A stretch of 32,000 nucleotides of DNA from Prochlorococcus marinus str. NATL2A (GTDB lineage: Bacteria; Cyanobacteriota; Cyanobacteriia; PCC-6307; Cyanobiaceae): positions 690,001 to 722,000 of the forward strand of contig NC_007335.2 in NCBI RefSeq assembly GCF_000012465.1. The letters run 5' to 3'. Position numbers and translations under genes: made by a program. Within the stretch, counting starts at the first letter, position 1; every line of letters begins with the position of its first letter. Below are positions 7,750 through 17,007 of this stretch, piece after piece. A model generated the notes under the pieces. It was given only the letters and a program-made list of their open reading frames with translations. It was not told where the DNA came from and searched no databases.

Positions 7750-9217
7750 CTCTCTCATAAGCTCTCCGAATAAAACTTTTAAAATATTCCTCCCTTTTGT
7801 TTAAGTTGTAGTGATATTCAACAACTTCTTGTATTCCTCCATCTCCCCAGTCTTGATCTTGTTGGAAATAAGTAATGAAACTTGCTCCAGCAATCCTAGT
7901 AAGCCAAGATACACTAATACCTTGAATTACTTTGCTAATAACTAATGTTGGTAGTGATAAACTTAATGTTGAACTTATTAGAGAAACCCCACCTTTAACT
8001 ATACCCATAGTTGCAAGTATTTTTCCTACCGAAAGTGCTAAATTCTTTGCCCTTTCATTTGTAAGTTTAACTCCATGTATTTTAGCTATTTCTATCACCA
8101 TTTGTGCATTTACAGCCGCTGCAGCGATCATATCTAAGACAGGAACTGGAGTTAGTATTAATGCACCGCTGCTGAGCCAACCATACTTATCTATACATTT
8201 TTTAGCAGATTGAGTTCTTTGTTTGATTAATAAATTTTTCCCTTCTTTTCCAATATTGCTGCATTGAAGTAAAATATTATCCGCAATTAATTCTTCACCT
8301 TCTTCATGAAGGATATTTGCTAATCTTCTAATTAAACTATTGATTTCAGGGGCTGGTTGATAAGGCTTTCTGCCATTGACTGCAATTGTCTGAGGTGATG
8401 CTGATGTACAAATAATGTCATTTGGACCAATAAAATCATTACATCTAGAATTTAGTATCTCAATTAATCTTTTTTCTTCACTTTCTCCTCTTAAATCTAT
8501 TTTATTTAGCACAAGTAAAAGTCTTTTTCCTAATTTTGACAAACTCCTAATTGTTCTTGTTTCTTCAGAACGTAAATCACCTTCAATTACTACTAACATT
8601 AAATCAGATTTACGTGCTTCTATTAACGCACTTTTTTCCCTCTCTCTACCCCCTCTCCCAGCTTCTAGTATGCCGGGAGTGTCAATTATTCTTATTCCTC
8701 TTGTAAGTCCTTTAAGTTTCAGTCGGAAGGTTTCTTTCCCTCTCGTTGATCCCATTTCAGGACTAACTTTACCTACTATTTTTTTTAATAGGGCTCTTAT
8801 TAATGATGTTTTACCGCTTGAGCCAATTCCAAAAACTACTAAAATAATATCTCCTCTATCTAACTCTAATGAAACCCTATCCTTTTCATCCTTTAAGGCC
8901 TTGGCCTTGACTTTGTCATTGATTAATGTGATTAAATGATCAATACTTTTTAATGATTTATCTGCGGCTTCTTTTTTGCTAATTAGCGATAAATCTAATG
9001 ATTTCTTCTCATCCTTTATTTTAAAAATTGATCTTAGACTATTTTGTAACCAGTCTATTTTTTTTGTATAAGTTAAACCACCTATTATTAATACTGTAAT
9101 TAATATGGCAGGTATATTTATCAATCTAATTATTGCTCCGACCAGACCTATAATTATCAAGCTAATAAAAATTATCAATACATAAAATATTATTTTTCTA
9201 GAGTTATGGATTTTCAT
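7664..9217 (-). CDS. Membrane-anchored GTPase (Era/EngA-like GTP-binding domain plus DUF697-like C-terminal membrane domain)
   Basis: Two N-terminal hydrophobic helices are followed by G1 GIGSSGKTS, G3 DTPG and G4 NKID. A C-terminal hydrophobic region (ILTPVPVLDMIAAAAVNAQM...) follows. The start lies 7 nt downstream of the lspA stop. Confidence 0.85.
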   Translation of the reverse strand: MKIHNSRKIIFYVLIIFISLIIIGLVGAIIRLINIPAILITVLIIGGLTYTKKIDWLQNSLRSIFKIKDEKKSLDLSLISKKEAADKSLKSIDHLITLINDKVKAKALKDEKDRVSLELDRGDIILVVFGIGSSGKTSLIRALLKKIVGKVSPEMGSTRGKETFRLKLKGLTRGIRIIDTPGILEAGRGGREREKSALIEARKSDLMLVVIEGDLRSEETRTIRSLSKLGKRLLLVLNKIDLRGESEEKRLIEILNSRCNDFIGPNDIICTSASPQTIAVNGRKPYQPAPEINSLIRRLANILHEEGEELIADNILLQCSNIGKEGKNLLIKQRTQSAKKCIDKYGWLSSGALILTPVPVLDMIAAAAVNAQMVIEIAKIHGVKLTNERAKNLALSVGKILATMGIVKGGVSLISSTLSLSLPTLVISKVIQGISVSWLTRIAGASFITYFQQDQDWGDGGIQEVVEYHYNLNKREEYFKSFIRRAYERVIDPLVEKNLKKLPPRSRPPKEGDSSGL

Positions 9218-9224
9218 TTGTTAA

Positions 9225-9710
9225 TTACCATTCATTTAATTTTGATTTGTCTTTAGTTTTAATTATATCAATTATAAAACAAATTATAGCAATGTTTATT
9301 GCTATATCTGCTACGTTAAAAATAGGGAAATTAATTGGAACAAGATCTAAAAAATCAAGAACATAACCTTTGAATAATCTATCAATTCCATTACCTAAAG
9401 TACCACCTAAAAGATAGGCAAGTCCATTCAAATTCCAATAAGATCTTGGCGGAAATCTTATTATAACAGTGATTAATAATAATGAGGCTAGAATACTTAT
9501 AATAGTAAGAAGGCTTGTGGAATTGCTTAGAAGACTAAATGCAGCTCCTCTGTTTTTTACTAGGGTGAAATTTAATAAATTAGGAATAATATTTTGAGAT
9601 CTTTCAAATCCTAATGTATTCAATATCAAGAACTTACTGACTTGATCTAATAAAACAATGTAAAAAGAGTAAGTGATGACATTAATATTTTTTCTGTTAA
9701 TTAAAGTCAT
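9225..9710 (-). CDS. lspA: Lipoprotein signal peptidase (signal peptidase II)
   Basis: Motifs are NRGAAFSL, GNGIDRL and FPIFNVADIAI. I chose the ATG at 9710 (MTLINRKN...), which forms an ATGA start/stop overlap with bioY. The longer track ORF (to 9833) would overlap bioY by 127 nt. Confidence 0.9.
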   Translation of the reverse strand: MTLINRKNINVITYSFYIVLLDQVSKFLILNTLGFERSQNIIPNLLNFTLVKNRGAAFSLLSNSTSLLTIISILASLLLITVIIRFPPRSYWNLNGLAYLLGGTLGNGIDRLFKGYVLDFLDLVPINFPIFNVADIAINIAIICFIIDIIKTKDKSKLNEW

Positions 9711-10279
9711 TTTATTATTAAGACTCTTCTTAAGAATATAGATAATAGACTTATTGCTATACATAATAAGAGTTGAGTTGGGAAAGGTATAAAAGTATTT
9801 ATTAAAATAAGATCGGATAAATTTTCTAACCAATTCCCAAATACTTTACCAATAATTAGATAAATTATACCTATGATATGCACAACACATAATGACATTC
9901 CAGTATAAAATGAATAATTAATTAAATTAGCTTTGGTATTTTTTTTAGTTAATAAACCACATAGCCATGCCGCAGGAATAAATCCTAACAAGTACCCAAA
10001 TTCATGAGTTAAGATATAACCAACACTCCCTCCTCCATGAAAAACAGGTAAATAGAATAAACCTATAATTAGATAGGAAATTGCAGAAATTGTTCCTACT
10101 TGGGGTCCGCAAAGCAGTGAAGTCAAAAGGACCCCTTGGATTTGCCAATTGCTTTGTAGTGGAATAATTGAGAGAGAAAGGTCTTTTTGAGGGTAAATTA
10201 TTGATGACGGTATCATTGAGCATATTATGATTAGCATTACGCCTGTTATTGCCTGTACCCAGCTTGTTAATTTGTGCAA
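9707..10279 (-). CDS. bioY: Biotin transporter BioY (ECF S-component family)
   Basis: The 190-aa protein has multiple hydrophobic helices. The BioY-like core is GGGSVGYILTHEFGYLLGFIPAAWLCG. It has a TTG start, with alternative internal ATGs at codons 15 and 22. Confidence 0.8.
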   Translation of the reverse strand: MHKLTSWVQAITGVMLIIICSMIPSSIIYPQKDLSLSIIPLQSNWQIQGVLLTSLLCGPQVGTISAISYLIIGLFYLPVFHGGGSVGYILTHEFGYLLGFIPAAWLCGLLTKKNTKANLINYSFYTGMSLCVVHIIGIIYLIIGKVFGNWLENLSDLILINTFIPFPTQLLLCIAISLLSIFLRRVLIIK

Positions 10280-10363
10280 TTAATTTAATTAGCTGTTCTC
10301 ATTCATTATTATTTACAAATTGACTGATATGTCAATATTATTATCTAGAACTATTTAGTCATA

Positions 10364-10585
10364 ATGAAATTATCAGTTGGAGAAAAAGTATCCTTACAAG
10401 TTCCTCTACCATATTTAAAGACAGCTGATCCTATATCAATGCTCAGACCTCCAGATTTAGTCTCTCTTGATGAAGTTGGAGTAATTATTGGAATAAGAGC
10501 TAATGATTTATTAGAAGTTAAATTTAGAAGGGGTAATTTCTTGATTCCTTCTGAAAGACTTAAGATTTTTGGGGCAGATGACTAA
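10364..10585 (+). CDS. Small conserved cyanobacterial protein, DUF3148/SipA-like (SH3-like fold)
   Basis: The 73-aa ATG ORF carries PLPYLKTADPISMLRPPDL, which I associate with the DUF3148 family that includes the NblS/Hik33-interacting protein SipA. The family assignment is from memory and is not verified. Confidence 0.7.
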   Translation: MKLSVGEKVSLQVPLPYLKTADPISMLRPPDLVSLDEVGVIIGIRANDLLEVKFRRGNFLIPSERLKIFGADD

Positions 10586-10603
10586 CTATTCAAACTTACT
10601 TGA

Positions 10604-11839
10604 TTAAGCTTTCCAGTCTTTTAAGATTTTTCGAATAACTTCTTTGTTACTGCATACGCTTAGCAATGGGTTCTTTAAATATCTATTTGCAGCATCCTTG
10701 ATTTCTTTACTAGTTATACTTTCGAGTCTTTGCAGAATTTCTTTATCGTGATCCTTGGTTAGCCCAATTCCTAAAAGATGAGCTTTATGTTCAGCTCTTT
10801 GACTAATACTCTGCAAAGAATGAGCCATTTGACCTCGATATTTTATTTTTACAAGATCTAATTCTTCAGGAGAGATTTCACTATTGATAACTTTCTCCCA
10901 ACACTCCCTAAGTAATTGAAGAGTAATGATCCCTTTTTCTTCACTTGTTGAAGCGTGCATAATAAAGGGCGTTTGCTGCTCTCTAATAGGATGATAAATG
11001 CCTGCTTCATAAACTACTCCATACTTTTCCCTGAGAACCTTAAATAATAAACTTGACATTCCATAACCTAAGTAACAAGATAATAATCTAAGCAAAATAT
11101 CAGATTTATTATCATATCTAATTGTTGCTTTACCAAGAAGCAGAATGACTTGCTTTGTATTCAATGAACGAGTGCAAATACTACTTCTCTGTTTGCTTGG
11201 AGTTTCTATTTTATTAATATTTTTAAATGCTTTATTATGATTACTAATTCCCTTGAATTCAATTGTGTTCTCTATGTAATTTTTTAGGTTAATTGGAAAC
11301 TTTCCTGAAATTACTAAGTTCTTTTTTCTGTGAATTAATGAGCTTGCGATTGGCAATATATGTTCTTTATTGATTTTATTTATATCATCGATTGATCCCA
11401 GTGGATCATGTCCATATGGTCCATCTCCGTATACCATCTTTCTCCAGCCATCAAAAGCTAGTTGATATGTACTCTCTTTTTGTCTTTTAATGGCTTTTAT
11501 TGTTAGATCTTTTTCTAATTCAAACTGATCTATTTGAAGTATAGGTTTTGTAATCATCCAACCAATTAAGGGAAGAAGTTTATACGCATCAGTTTCGACA
11601 CATTTAAGACTTATTAAAAGACCATCTTCGTATGTATCACAGTTTAAATTTGCACCACAATTTTCTACAATTTCAGCGATTTGCTTATTATTGTATGGCC
11701 CACAACCTCTAAGCATTGTTGAGCTTAAGAGTTGATGAATTCCTTTCTTATCTTTTGGATCATTCCTGCTGCCATCCTCTATCCATAGCTTGGCTGACAT
11801 TATATTTTTGCTATCTAGTTTGTCCAGAATTATGTTCAT
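10604..11839 (-). CDS. M16-family peptidase-like protein, non-catalytic subunit
   Basis: It has the insulinase/pitrilysin fold length and layout. The HxxEH position reads IHQLLSSTM, so the zinc ligands are lost. The start is 2 nt downstream of the stop of the catalytic paralogue. Confidence 0.88.
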   Translation of the reverse strand: MNIILDKLDSKNIMSAKLWIEDGSRNDPKDKKGIHQLLSSTMLRGCGPYNNKQIAEIVENCGANLNCDTYEDGLLISLKCVETDAYKLLPLIGWMITKPILQIDQFELEKDLTIKAIKRQKESTYQLAFDGWRKMVYGDGPYGHDPLGSIDDINKINKEHILPIASSLIHRKKNLVISGKFPINLKNYIENTIEFKGISNHNKAFKNINKIETPSKQRSSICTRSLNTKQVILLLGKATIRYDNKSDILLRLLSCYLGYGMSSLLFKVLREKYGVVYEAGIYHPIREQQTPFIMHASTSEEKGIITLQLLRECWEKVINSEISPEELDLVKIKYRGQMAHSLQSISQRAEHKAHLLGIGLTKDHDKEILQRLESITSKEIKDAANRYLKNPLLSVCSNKEVIRKILKDWKA

Positions 11840-11841
11840 AT

Positions 11842-13092
11842 TTATTTCTCAGGTTCAGCAATTAATGTAAAAGCATTTTCTGGATCAAATAATGGAAATA
11901 TTAATTCTTTTAATCGTTTTATTGTCCAATATGAAATATCATCTATTGATTTTAGGATTGAATTGTGGCGCCCCCACAGAGCTTGATTCCCTAATGTTGA
12001 GGCGATTTGAGAGCTCAACTCTAAACCAAAATAAATATTATTAACGACTAATTTTTTTGCACGCTCTAAATCTTTATTAGTAACTAAATCTCTAGTTAAT
12101 TCTTTGAGGATGTTATTGACATCACTTTCGACAATTTTAAGGTTTTCCTCTGGACAACTGACATCAAGAAGAATTAATCCACCCTCTTCAAGGATTTGTA
12201 AATCTATATCTATTGATTCAATAATACGTTTTTCTTCTCTTAATTCCTTAACAATAAGACTACTTTTACCTTCGCATAACATTGTGGCAGCAATTTCTGC
12301 TCCTAAAATTAAGATCTGCTCTTTTGCAGGGGGGAGTTTCCAAGCTTTCAATATTCTTCCTCCCTCAAGCCTTGGAATAGTTTCTTTTTTATAGCCTTTG
12401 TTAAAAGTAATTGTGTTACTTATTGCGGTCTCATTTGAGATTGTTTTTAATTCCTTCAATTTACTATTGTTAATTATTGATTGAACTTCGTTAGGCAAAT
12501 CTCCTGCTATACATAGCGTACAGTTTTTACCTACATAATTATTCTTGTGGAATAGTTTCATTTGTTTTGGATTTATATTTTTAACAGTTTTTTCATCACC
12601 TAGTATTGGTTTCGAATATCTATGTGGTGTTAAACATCCCTTTAGCAATTTCATATAAATAATTTCATCTGGCTGATCAATATTTTGTGCGATTTCCTCT
12701 AAAACTACTTCTTTTTCCATTTCAAAGGCATCTTGTTCAATTGCAGGAAATAATAATAGTTCTAGTATTAATTTTAGTCCTTCTTCTATTTTTTCACGGG
12801 GCACCAGAACGTGGTAGTGAACATCGTCCAACCCAGTCGCTGCATTACTACTTCCACCAAGAGATTCAATTTTTAAATCGAATTCACCTTCTTTAAGGTT
12901 TTTGCTCCCTTTAAATATCATGTGCTCTAAGAAATGTGCCATACCTTCTTCATCTTTCATTTCACATAAACTTCCCCCTTTGCACCAAAAGTCAATACAT
13001 GTCAACGTTGAATCTTCTATATCAGCCACAACACATGTAGCACCATTAGATAATGACCAATGTTTTACTTTCATTCTAAATTTCTTAAACAC
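11842..13092 (-). CDS. M16-family zinc metallopeptidase (insulinase/processing-peptidase type), catalytic subunit
   Basis: An intact inverted zinc motif HFLEHMIFKGS (HxxEH) is present, with a downstream acidic region EVVLEEI. Length is 416 aa. Confidence 0.9.
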   Translation of the reverse strand: MFKKFRMKVKHWSLSNGATCVVADIEDSTLTCIDFWCKGGSLCEMKDEEGMAHFLEHMIFKGSKNLKEGEFDLKIESLGGSSNAATGLDDVHYHVLVPREKIEEGLKLILELLLFPAIEQDAFEMEKEVVLEEIAQNIDQPDEIIYMKLLKGCLTPHRYSKPILGDEKTVKNINPKQMKLFHKNNYVGKNCTLCIAGDLPNEVQSIINNSKLKELKTISNETAISNTITFNKGYKKETIPRLEGGRILKAWKLPPAKEQILILGAEIAATMLCEGKSSLIVKELREEKRIIESIDIDLQILEEGGLILLDVSCPEENLKIVESDVNNILKELTRDLVTNKDLERAKKLVVNNIYFGLELSSQIASTLGNQALWGRHNSILKSIDDISYWTIKRLKELIFPLFDPENAFTLIAEPEK

Positions 13093-13433
13093 ATTTAATC
13101 ATTGTGCTATTTTAATATATGATAATAAGATTTCGAAATTTAAAATCAATTGATTCTAAATGTCTTAAATGGTAAAAGATTGATTTCATATTTATATCTA
13201 TAATTTATTACATATTTAAATTTTACTTTTTTACTTGCTTTATTCTTAGTATCTTAATTCTTTTCCTAATTTCGACATTTGAAACCTTTGTGCTCATTAA
13301 CTTGCCTTTCATAAAAAATTTTCTTATTTAGTTCTTTTGAGCCTTAGTAATCATATAATATTGAGTAAGCATAGTTATAAATAAACAGTTTCTATAAATC
13401 TTAGCCAATCCCTTTTAGCTTGAGTTCTTAGTT

Positions 13434-14159
13434 TTGGAGTCAGTTTTTTGCATTCAAAGTGAATTGAATCCTCTTTTGCTAGAGGCTTTCGAACTTATTA
13501 AAAATAGAATTAATTCGTTGAATGATTTAGAACCTCTATACATTGACCCTATGTTGAGCAGGATTTACAGAAAACAAAATGAAGAGAAGTTATTTATTAT
13601 TAACGAATTTTATCAAGCAAAAGGATTTAGAAAAATTCATTTGGAAGTTGCAAAGCTTGGGAAATCATTGGAAATACTCCATTGTGTCTTTTTCCCTGAC
13701 CCTTGCTATGACCTGCCTATATTTGGTGCTGATTTGGTAGTTAATTCAAATAATATTTCCGCAGGGATTGTTGATTTGTCACCTGTAGGCAAACATTTGC
13801 CGGATTGCTTGATTTCTCAAATGAGATCATTAAAAGTCTCTAAATTTACTGAACCTGGGAAGCTGCCAGAATGGGGATTTATCTTTTCTCCTTATGTAGC
13901 CTTTATTCGTCCAGTTGATTTTCTCGAAGAAAAATCATTTTTAGAACTCATTGACCAATATTTGTCACTACTGTTGTCCTTATTAGTTAAGGTGAAAAGG
14001 GATGAAATCAATTCTTTGGATGCAATGTGTAGGCTTAATTATCAAAAACGATATTGCCTAAATCAAAAACGTAATGATAAAACAAGAGGGATTTTAACTA
14101 AATTCTTTGGTTCTTCTTGGGCCGATGAATACATAAATAAAATCCTTTTTGAATGTTAG
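13434..14159 (+). CDS. pcyA: Phycocyanobilin:ferredoxin oxidoreductase
   Basis: There is close end-to-end resemblance to cyanobacterial PcyA: FRKIHLEVAKLGKSLEILHCVFFP, LPIFGADLV, SAGIVDLSPV, LPEWGFIFSPYVAFIRP and NDKTRGILTKFFGSSWADEYINKILFE. It has a TTG start, with no ATG before codon 40. Confidence 0.92.
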   Translation: MESVFCIQSELNPLLLEAFELIKNRINSLNDLEPLYIDPMLSRIYRKQNEEKLFIINEFYQAKGFRKIHLEVAKLGKSLEILHCVFFPDPCYDLPIFGADLVVNSNNISAGIVDLSPVGKHLPDCLISQMRSLKVSKFTEPGKLPEWGFIFSPYVAFIRPVDFLEEKSFLELIDQYLSLLLSLLVKVKRDEINSLDAMCRLNYQKRYCLNQKRNDKTRGILTKFFGSSWADEYINKILFEC

Positions 14160-15070
14160 TGATGTTTAAATACTTATCCTTAAAAATTTTATTTCCTCTC
14201 GGCATAACACCTTTATGCGTGCTCTTACTTAGTGGATGTGATAATAAAAATTTAGAAGTAAATCAAAGTCTAAAGGAGATTCAAGTTGTTGATAGGATTG
14301 AGGGTGTAGCTGCTTTGGGCCAGTTAAATCCTTTTGGAGAAGTAAGAAAATTAGCAGCTCCAAATAGTGGAAAGGGTGGTACACCAAGATTATCTAAATT
14401 ATTAATTCGAGAAGGTGACTCTATTATCAAGGATCAAATATTAGCTGTTTTTGATAATCGTCCTAAGCTTGAAGCTAATTTGAAATCTGCGAAAGCTAAT
14501 TTAAATATATTAATGAGTGAAATCAGGATAAAAAAAAGGGAAATTAATAGATATCAAACTCTTCTTGAGAAAGGAGCAGTGGCGGAAATCGTTTTAGATA
14601 AGATGAAAGATGATTTGTTTATTTCTGAGACCAAGATTTCAAAGCTTAAAGCTGCCATCGATGCAATTAACGTTGATTTAGAACAAACACAATTAAAAAG
14701 TCCAATTGATGGAATCGTTCTGCAAATCTTAGTTCGTGAGGGAGAGAGACCAAATTCGTCTGGTGTGATTAATGTTGGCGCTAACCAATCAATGGAAGCG
14801 CTTATTGAAGTGTATGAATCCGATATAGATAGAGTTCAAATGGGTCAAGCTGTTGATTTAATTAGTGAAAATGGAGGCTTTAATGGCTCATTAAGTGGTC
14901 AAGTGACTTTGATTAGCCCACAAGTCAGGCAAAGAAGAGTGCTCTCAACTGATCCAACTGGCGATGCTGACTCAAGGGTTGTTGAGGTTCGAGTCAAGCT
15001 TGATAATTCATCAGCCAAAAAGGTCTCTCATCTAACTGGAATGAAAGTCATTGCTCGTTTTCAGCCGTAG
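14153..15070 (+). CDS. devB: DevB-like membrane-fusion (HlyD family) adaptor of an ABC exporter, predicted lipoprotein
   Basis: It has the HlyD-type layout of lipoyl-like segments flanking a coiled coil (LEANLKSAKANLNILMSEIRIKKREINRYQTLLEKGA). The N-terminal signal ends in the lipobox LLSGC (Cys29). The ATG at 14153 overlaps the pcyA stop by 7 nt, and an alternative ATG lies at 14162. Confidence 0.85.
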   Translation: MLVMFKYLSLKILFPLGITPLCVLLLSGCDNKNLEVNQSLKEIQVVDRIEGVAALGQLNPFGEVRKLAAPNSGKGGTPRLSKLLIREGDSIIKDQILAVFDNRPKLEANLKSAKANLNILMSEIRIKKREINRYQTLLEKGAVAEIVLDKMKDDLFISETKISKLKAAIDAINVDLEQTQLKSPIDGIVLQILVREGERPNSSGVINVGANQSMEALIEVYESDIDRVQMGQAVDLISENGGFNGSLSGQVTLISPQVRQRRVLSTDPTGDADSRVVEVRVKLDNSSAKKVSHLTGMKVIARFQP

Positions 15071-16245
15071 TGGAATTAAAAAATATTTTTAAAAAAAGAA
15101 AAATACCTCTTGCTTGGCTTTTGCTGACAAGACAACCTTTAAGAATATTGGTAGCCATTGCAGGGATAGCATTTGCTGGAATCTTGATGTTTATGCAATT
15201 AGGTTTCAGAGATGGTTTGTTTGATGCGAGTGTTACTGTTCATAAGTTGTTTGACGCAGATTTGGTATTAATTAGTCCTCGCTCAAAAAGTTCAATAAGT
15301 ATGAGTGGGTTTCCTCGACGAAGATTAGTTCAAGCAATGGCACATAAAGATGTGACTGGAACAACTGCGGTTAATTGGAATTTTCTGCTTTGGCGAAATC
15401 CTGAAAATTTATCAACTAGATCAATTCTTGCTTTAGGCTTTGAGCCAAGTAATCCATTGTTGATTGATTCTGATTTTGAGAGAAAGGCTAAAACTTTAAA
15501 AAACAAAGGTAGGGTTTTATTTGATGATCTTTCCAGAGATGAATTCGGACCTATATCACCATGGTTCAAATCAGGACGTGTAGTTGAAACTGAAGTCGCA
15601 GGTAAAAGAGTTAGAGTTTCTGGGATAGTCAGTCTAGGTCCTTCCTTTGGCGCAGATGGGAATTTAATTACTAGCAGTGAGACATACTTAGAATTATCGC
15701 CAGGTAATCCTAAAGGAAGTATTGAAATTGGTTTAGTAAGATTAGCGAAGGGATCTGATATTGAAAAAGTTGTTCGCTCTTTAAATATAAGTTTGCCTAG
15801 TGACGTTAAGGTTATGTCTTTGAAATCATTTATAGATTTTGAAAAAAATTATTGGAAAAGTAGTACATCCATTGGATTCATTTTTACATTGGGAGCAGCA
15901 ATGGGATTTATTGTTGGTTGTGTAATTGTTTATCAAATTCTTTACAGTGATGTCAGTGATCATTTACCTGAATATGCAACCTTAATGGCTATGGGTTACA
16001 ACTTAAGAACCCTATTAGGAGTTGTAGCTAGAGAAGGATTCATTTTATCAATAATGGGATATATTCCTGCTTATCTTGCAGGACAAGCTTTATATGCTTT
16101 GGTTAGATCTTCAACTAAATTACCTGTTGAAATGAGTTTTAGTAGAGCATCAATTATATTTTGCTTGATACTTTTTATGTGTATGGGATCAGCATTAGCA
16201 GCTATGAAAAAATTGGCAGATGCTGATCCTGCTGAAATATTTTGA
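15070..16245 (+). CDS. devC: DevC-like ABC exporter permease (FtsX/MacB-type)
   Basis: Topology is an N-terminal TM helix, a large periplasmic domain and a C-terminal FtsX-like 3-TM bundle, typical of DevC/MacB. The GTG start overlaps the devB stop (TAGTG). Confidence 0.85.
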   Translation: MELKNIFKKRKIPLAWLLLTRQPLRILVAIAGIAFAGILMFMQLGFRDGLFDASVTVHKLFDADLVLISPRSKSSISMSGFPRRRLVQAMAHKDVTGTTAVNWNFLLWRNPENLSTRSILALGFEPSNPLLIDSDFERKAKTLKNKGRVLFDDLSRDEFGPISPWFKSGRVVETEVAGKRVRVSGIVSLGPSFGADGNLITSSETYLELSPGNPKGSIEIGLVRLAKGSDIEKVVRSLNISLPSDVKVMSLKSFIDFEKNYWKSSTSIGFIFTLGAAMGFIVGCVIVYQILYSDVSDHLPEYATLMAMGYNLRTLLGVVAREGFILSIMGYIPAYLAGQALYALVRSSTKLPVEMSFSRASIIFCLILFMCMGSALAAMKKLADADPAEIF

Positions 16246-16278
16246 TGAATAAATGAATGTTTTAAATTTAAATTACTT

Positions 16279-16971
16279 ATGAAAAATATAAACAATAAAA
16301 CTTTAGATATTTCTTCTTTGAATCATTGGTATGGGCATGGAGAGATGAGAAGGCATGTTCTCCAGTCTGTCTCAATGGAAATTTCTCCTGGTGAGGTTGT
16401 TTTGTTAACGGGACCTTCCGGATGTGGAAAAACCACTCTTTTGACTTTGATTGGAGCTCTTCGTAAGGTTCAAGATGGTGAACTTAAAGTATTTGGTAAA
16501 CAACTTTTTGGAGCAAGCAGAAAAACTAGACAGAATCTTAGAAAAAATATTGGAATGATTTTTCAGGGGCATAATCTTTTGAGATGTTTAACCGCTGAAC
16601 AAAATGTCCAAATGGGTGCAGACCTTTTAAATGGATTTTCATACAAAGCTCGAAGGGCTCAGTCTAGAGAATGGCTTAGAGCTGTTGGATTAGAAGACCA
16701 CTTATCTAAGCTGCCGCATGATTTATCAGGTGGGCAAAAACAGCGAGTTGCTATTGCCAGAGCCCTTGCCGCTAGACCAAAATTACTTTTAGCGGATGAA
16801 CCAACATCTGCATTAGATAGTTCAACTGGTAGAGAAATTGTTGATTTGTTAAAAAAACTAGCCTTAGAACAATCCTGTTCAGTGTTGATGGTTACGCATG
16901 ATCCAAGAATATTGGATGTGGCAGATCGTCTCTTGCAAATGGAAGATGGTCAAATATTGCCCTCTGTTTAG
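16279..16971 (+). CDS. devA: DevA-like ABC transporter ATP-binding protein
   Basis: Walker A is GPSGCGKTT, the signature is LSGGQKQRVAIARAL, Walker B is LLLADEPTSALD, and the H-loop is VTHD. Confidence 0.92.
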   Translation: MKNINNKTLDISSLNHWYGHGEMRRHVLQSVSMEISPGEVVLLTGPSGCGKTTLLTLIGALRKVQDGELKVFGKQLFGASRKTRQNLRKNIGMIFQGHNLLRCLTAEQNVQMGADLLNGFSYKARRAQSREWLRAVGLEDHLSKLPHDLSGGQKQRVAIARALAARPKLLLADEPTSALDSSTGREIVDLLKKLALEQSCSVLMVTHDPRILDVADRLLQMEDGQILPSV

Positions 16972-17007
16972 TAAATTAGTTAGATATAAAATTCAAAAGC
17001 ACTTAGT

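Noticed and set aside
7932-8939. 93-aa and 174-aa plus-strand ORFs antisense to the GTPase gene
   Set aside because: They are Ser/Leu/Pro/Ile-rich mirror-image translations of a Lys/Glu-rich gene. They carry no motifs and lie entirely inside a well-supported CDS.
9711-9833. Long form of lspA (202 aa) starting at 9833
   Set aside because: The extra 41 residues would overlap bioY by 127 nt and are not part of the signal peptidase II fold. The ATG at 9710 gives a typical length and an ATGA junction with bioY.
12104-13153. Three plus-strand ORFs (96, 69 and 83 aa) antisense to the catalytic M16 peptidase gene
   Set aside because: They show the same antisense-shadow composition, have no motifs and are fully overlapped by a gene with an intact HxxEH site.
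13131-13155. Cluster of AT-only palindromes (TTTCGAAA, AATCAATTGATT) in the 340-nt spacer between the M16 peptidase gene and pcyA
   Set aside because: Short A/T palindromes are expected by chance in DNA this AT-rich, and nothing else marks them as operators. The spacer contains no ORF or convincing RNA structure that I could see.
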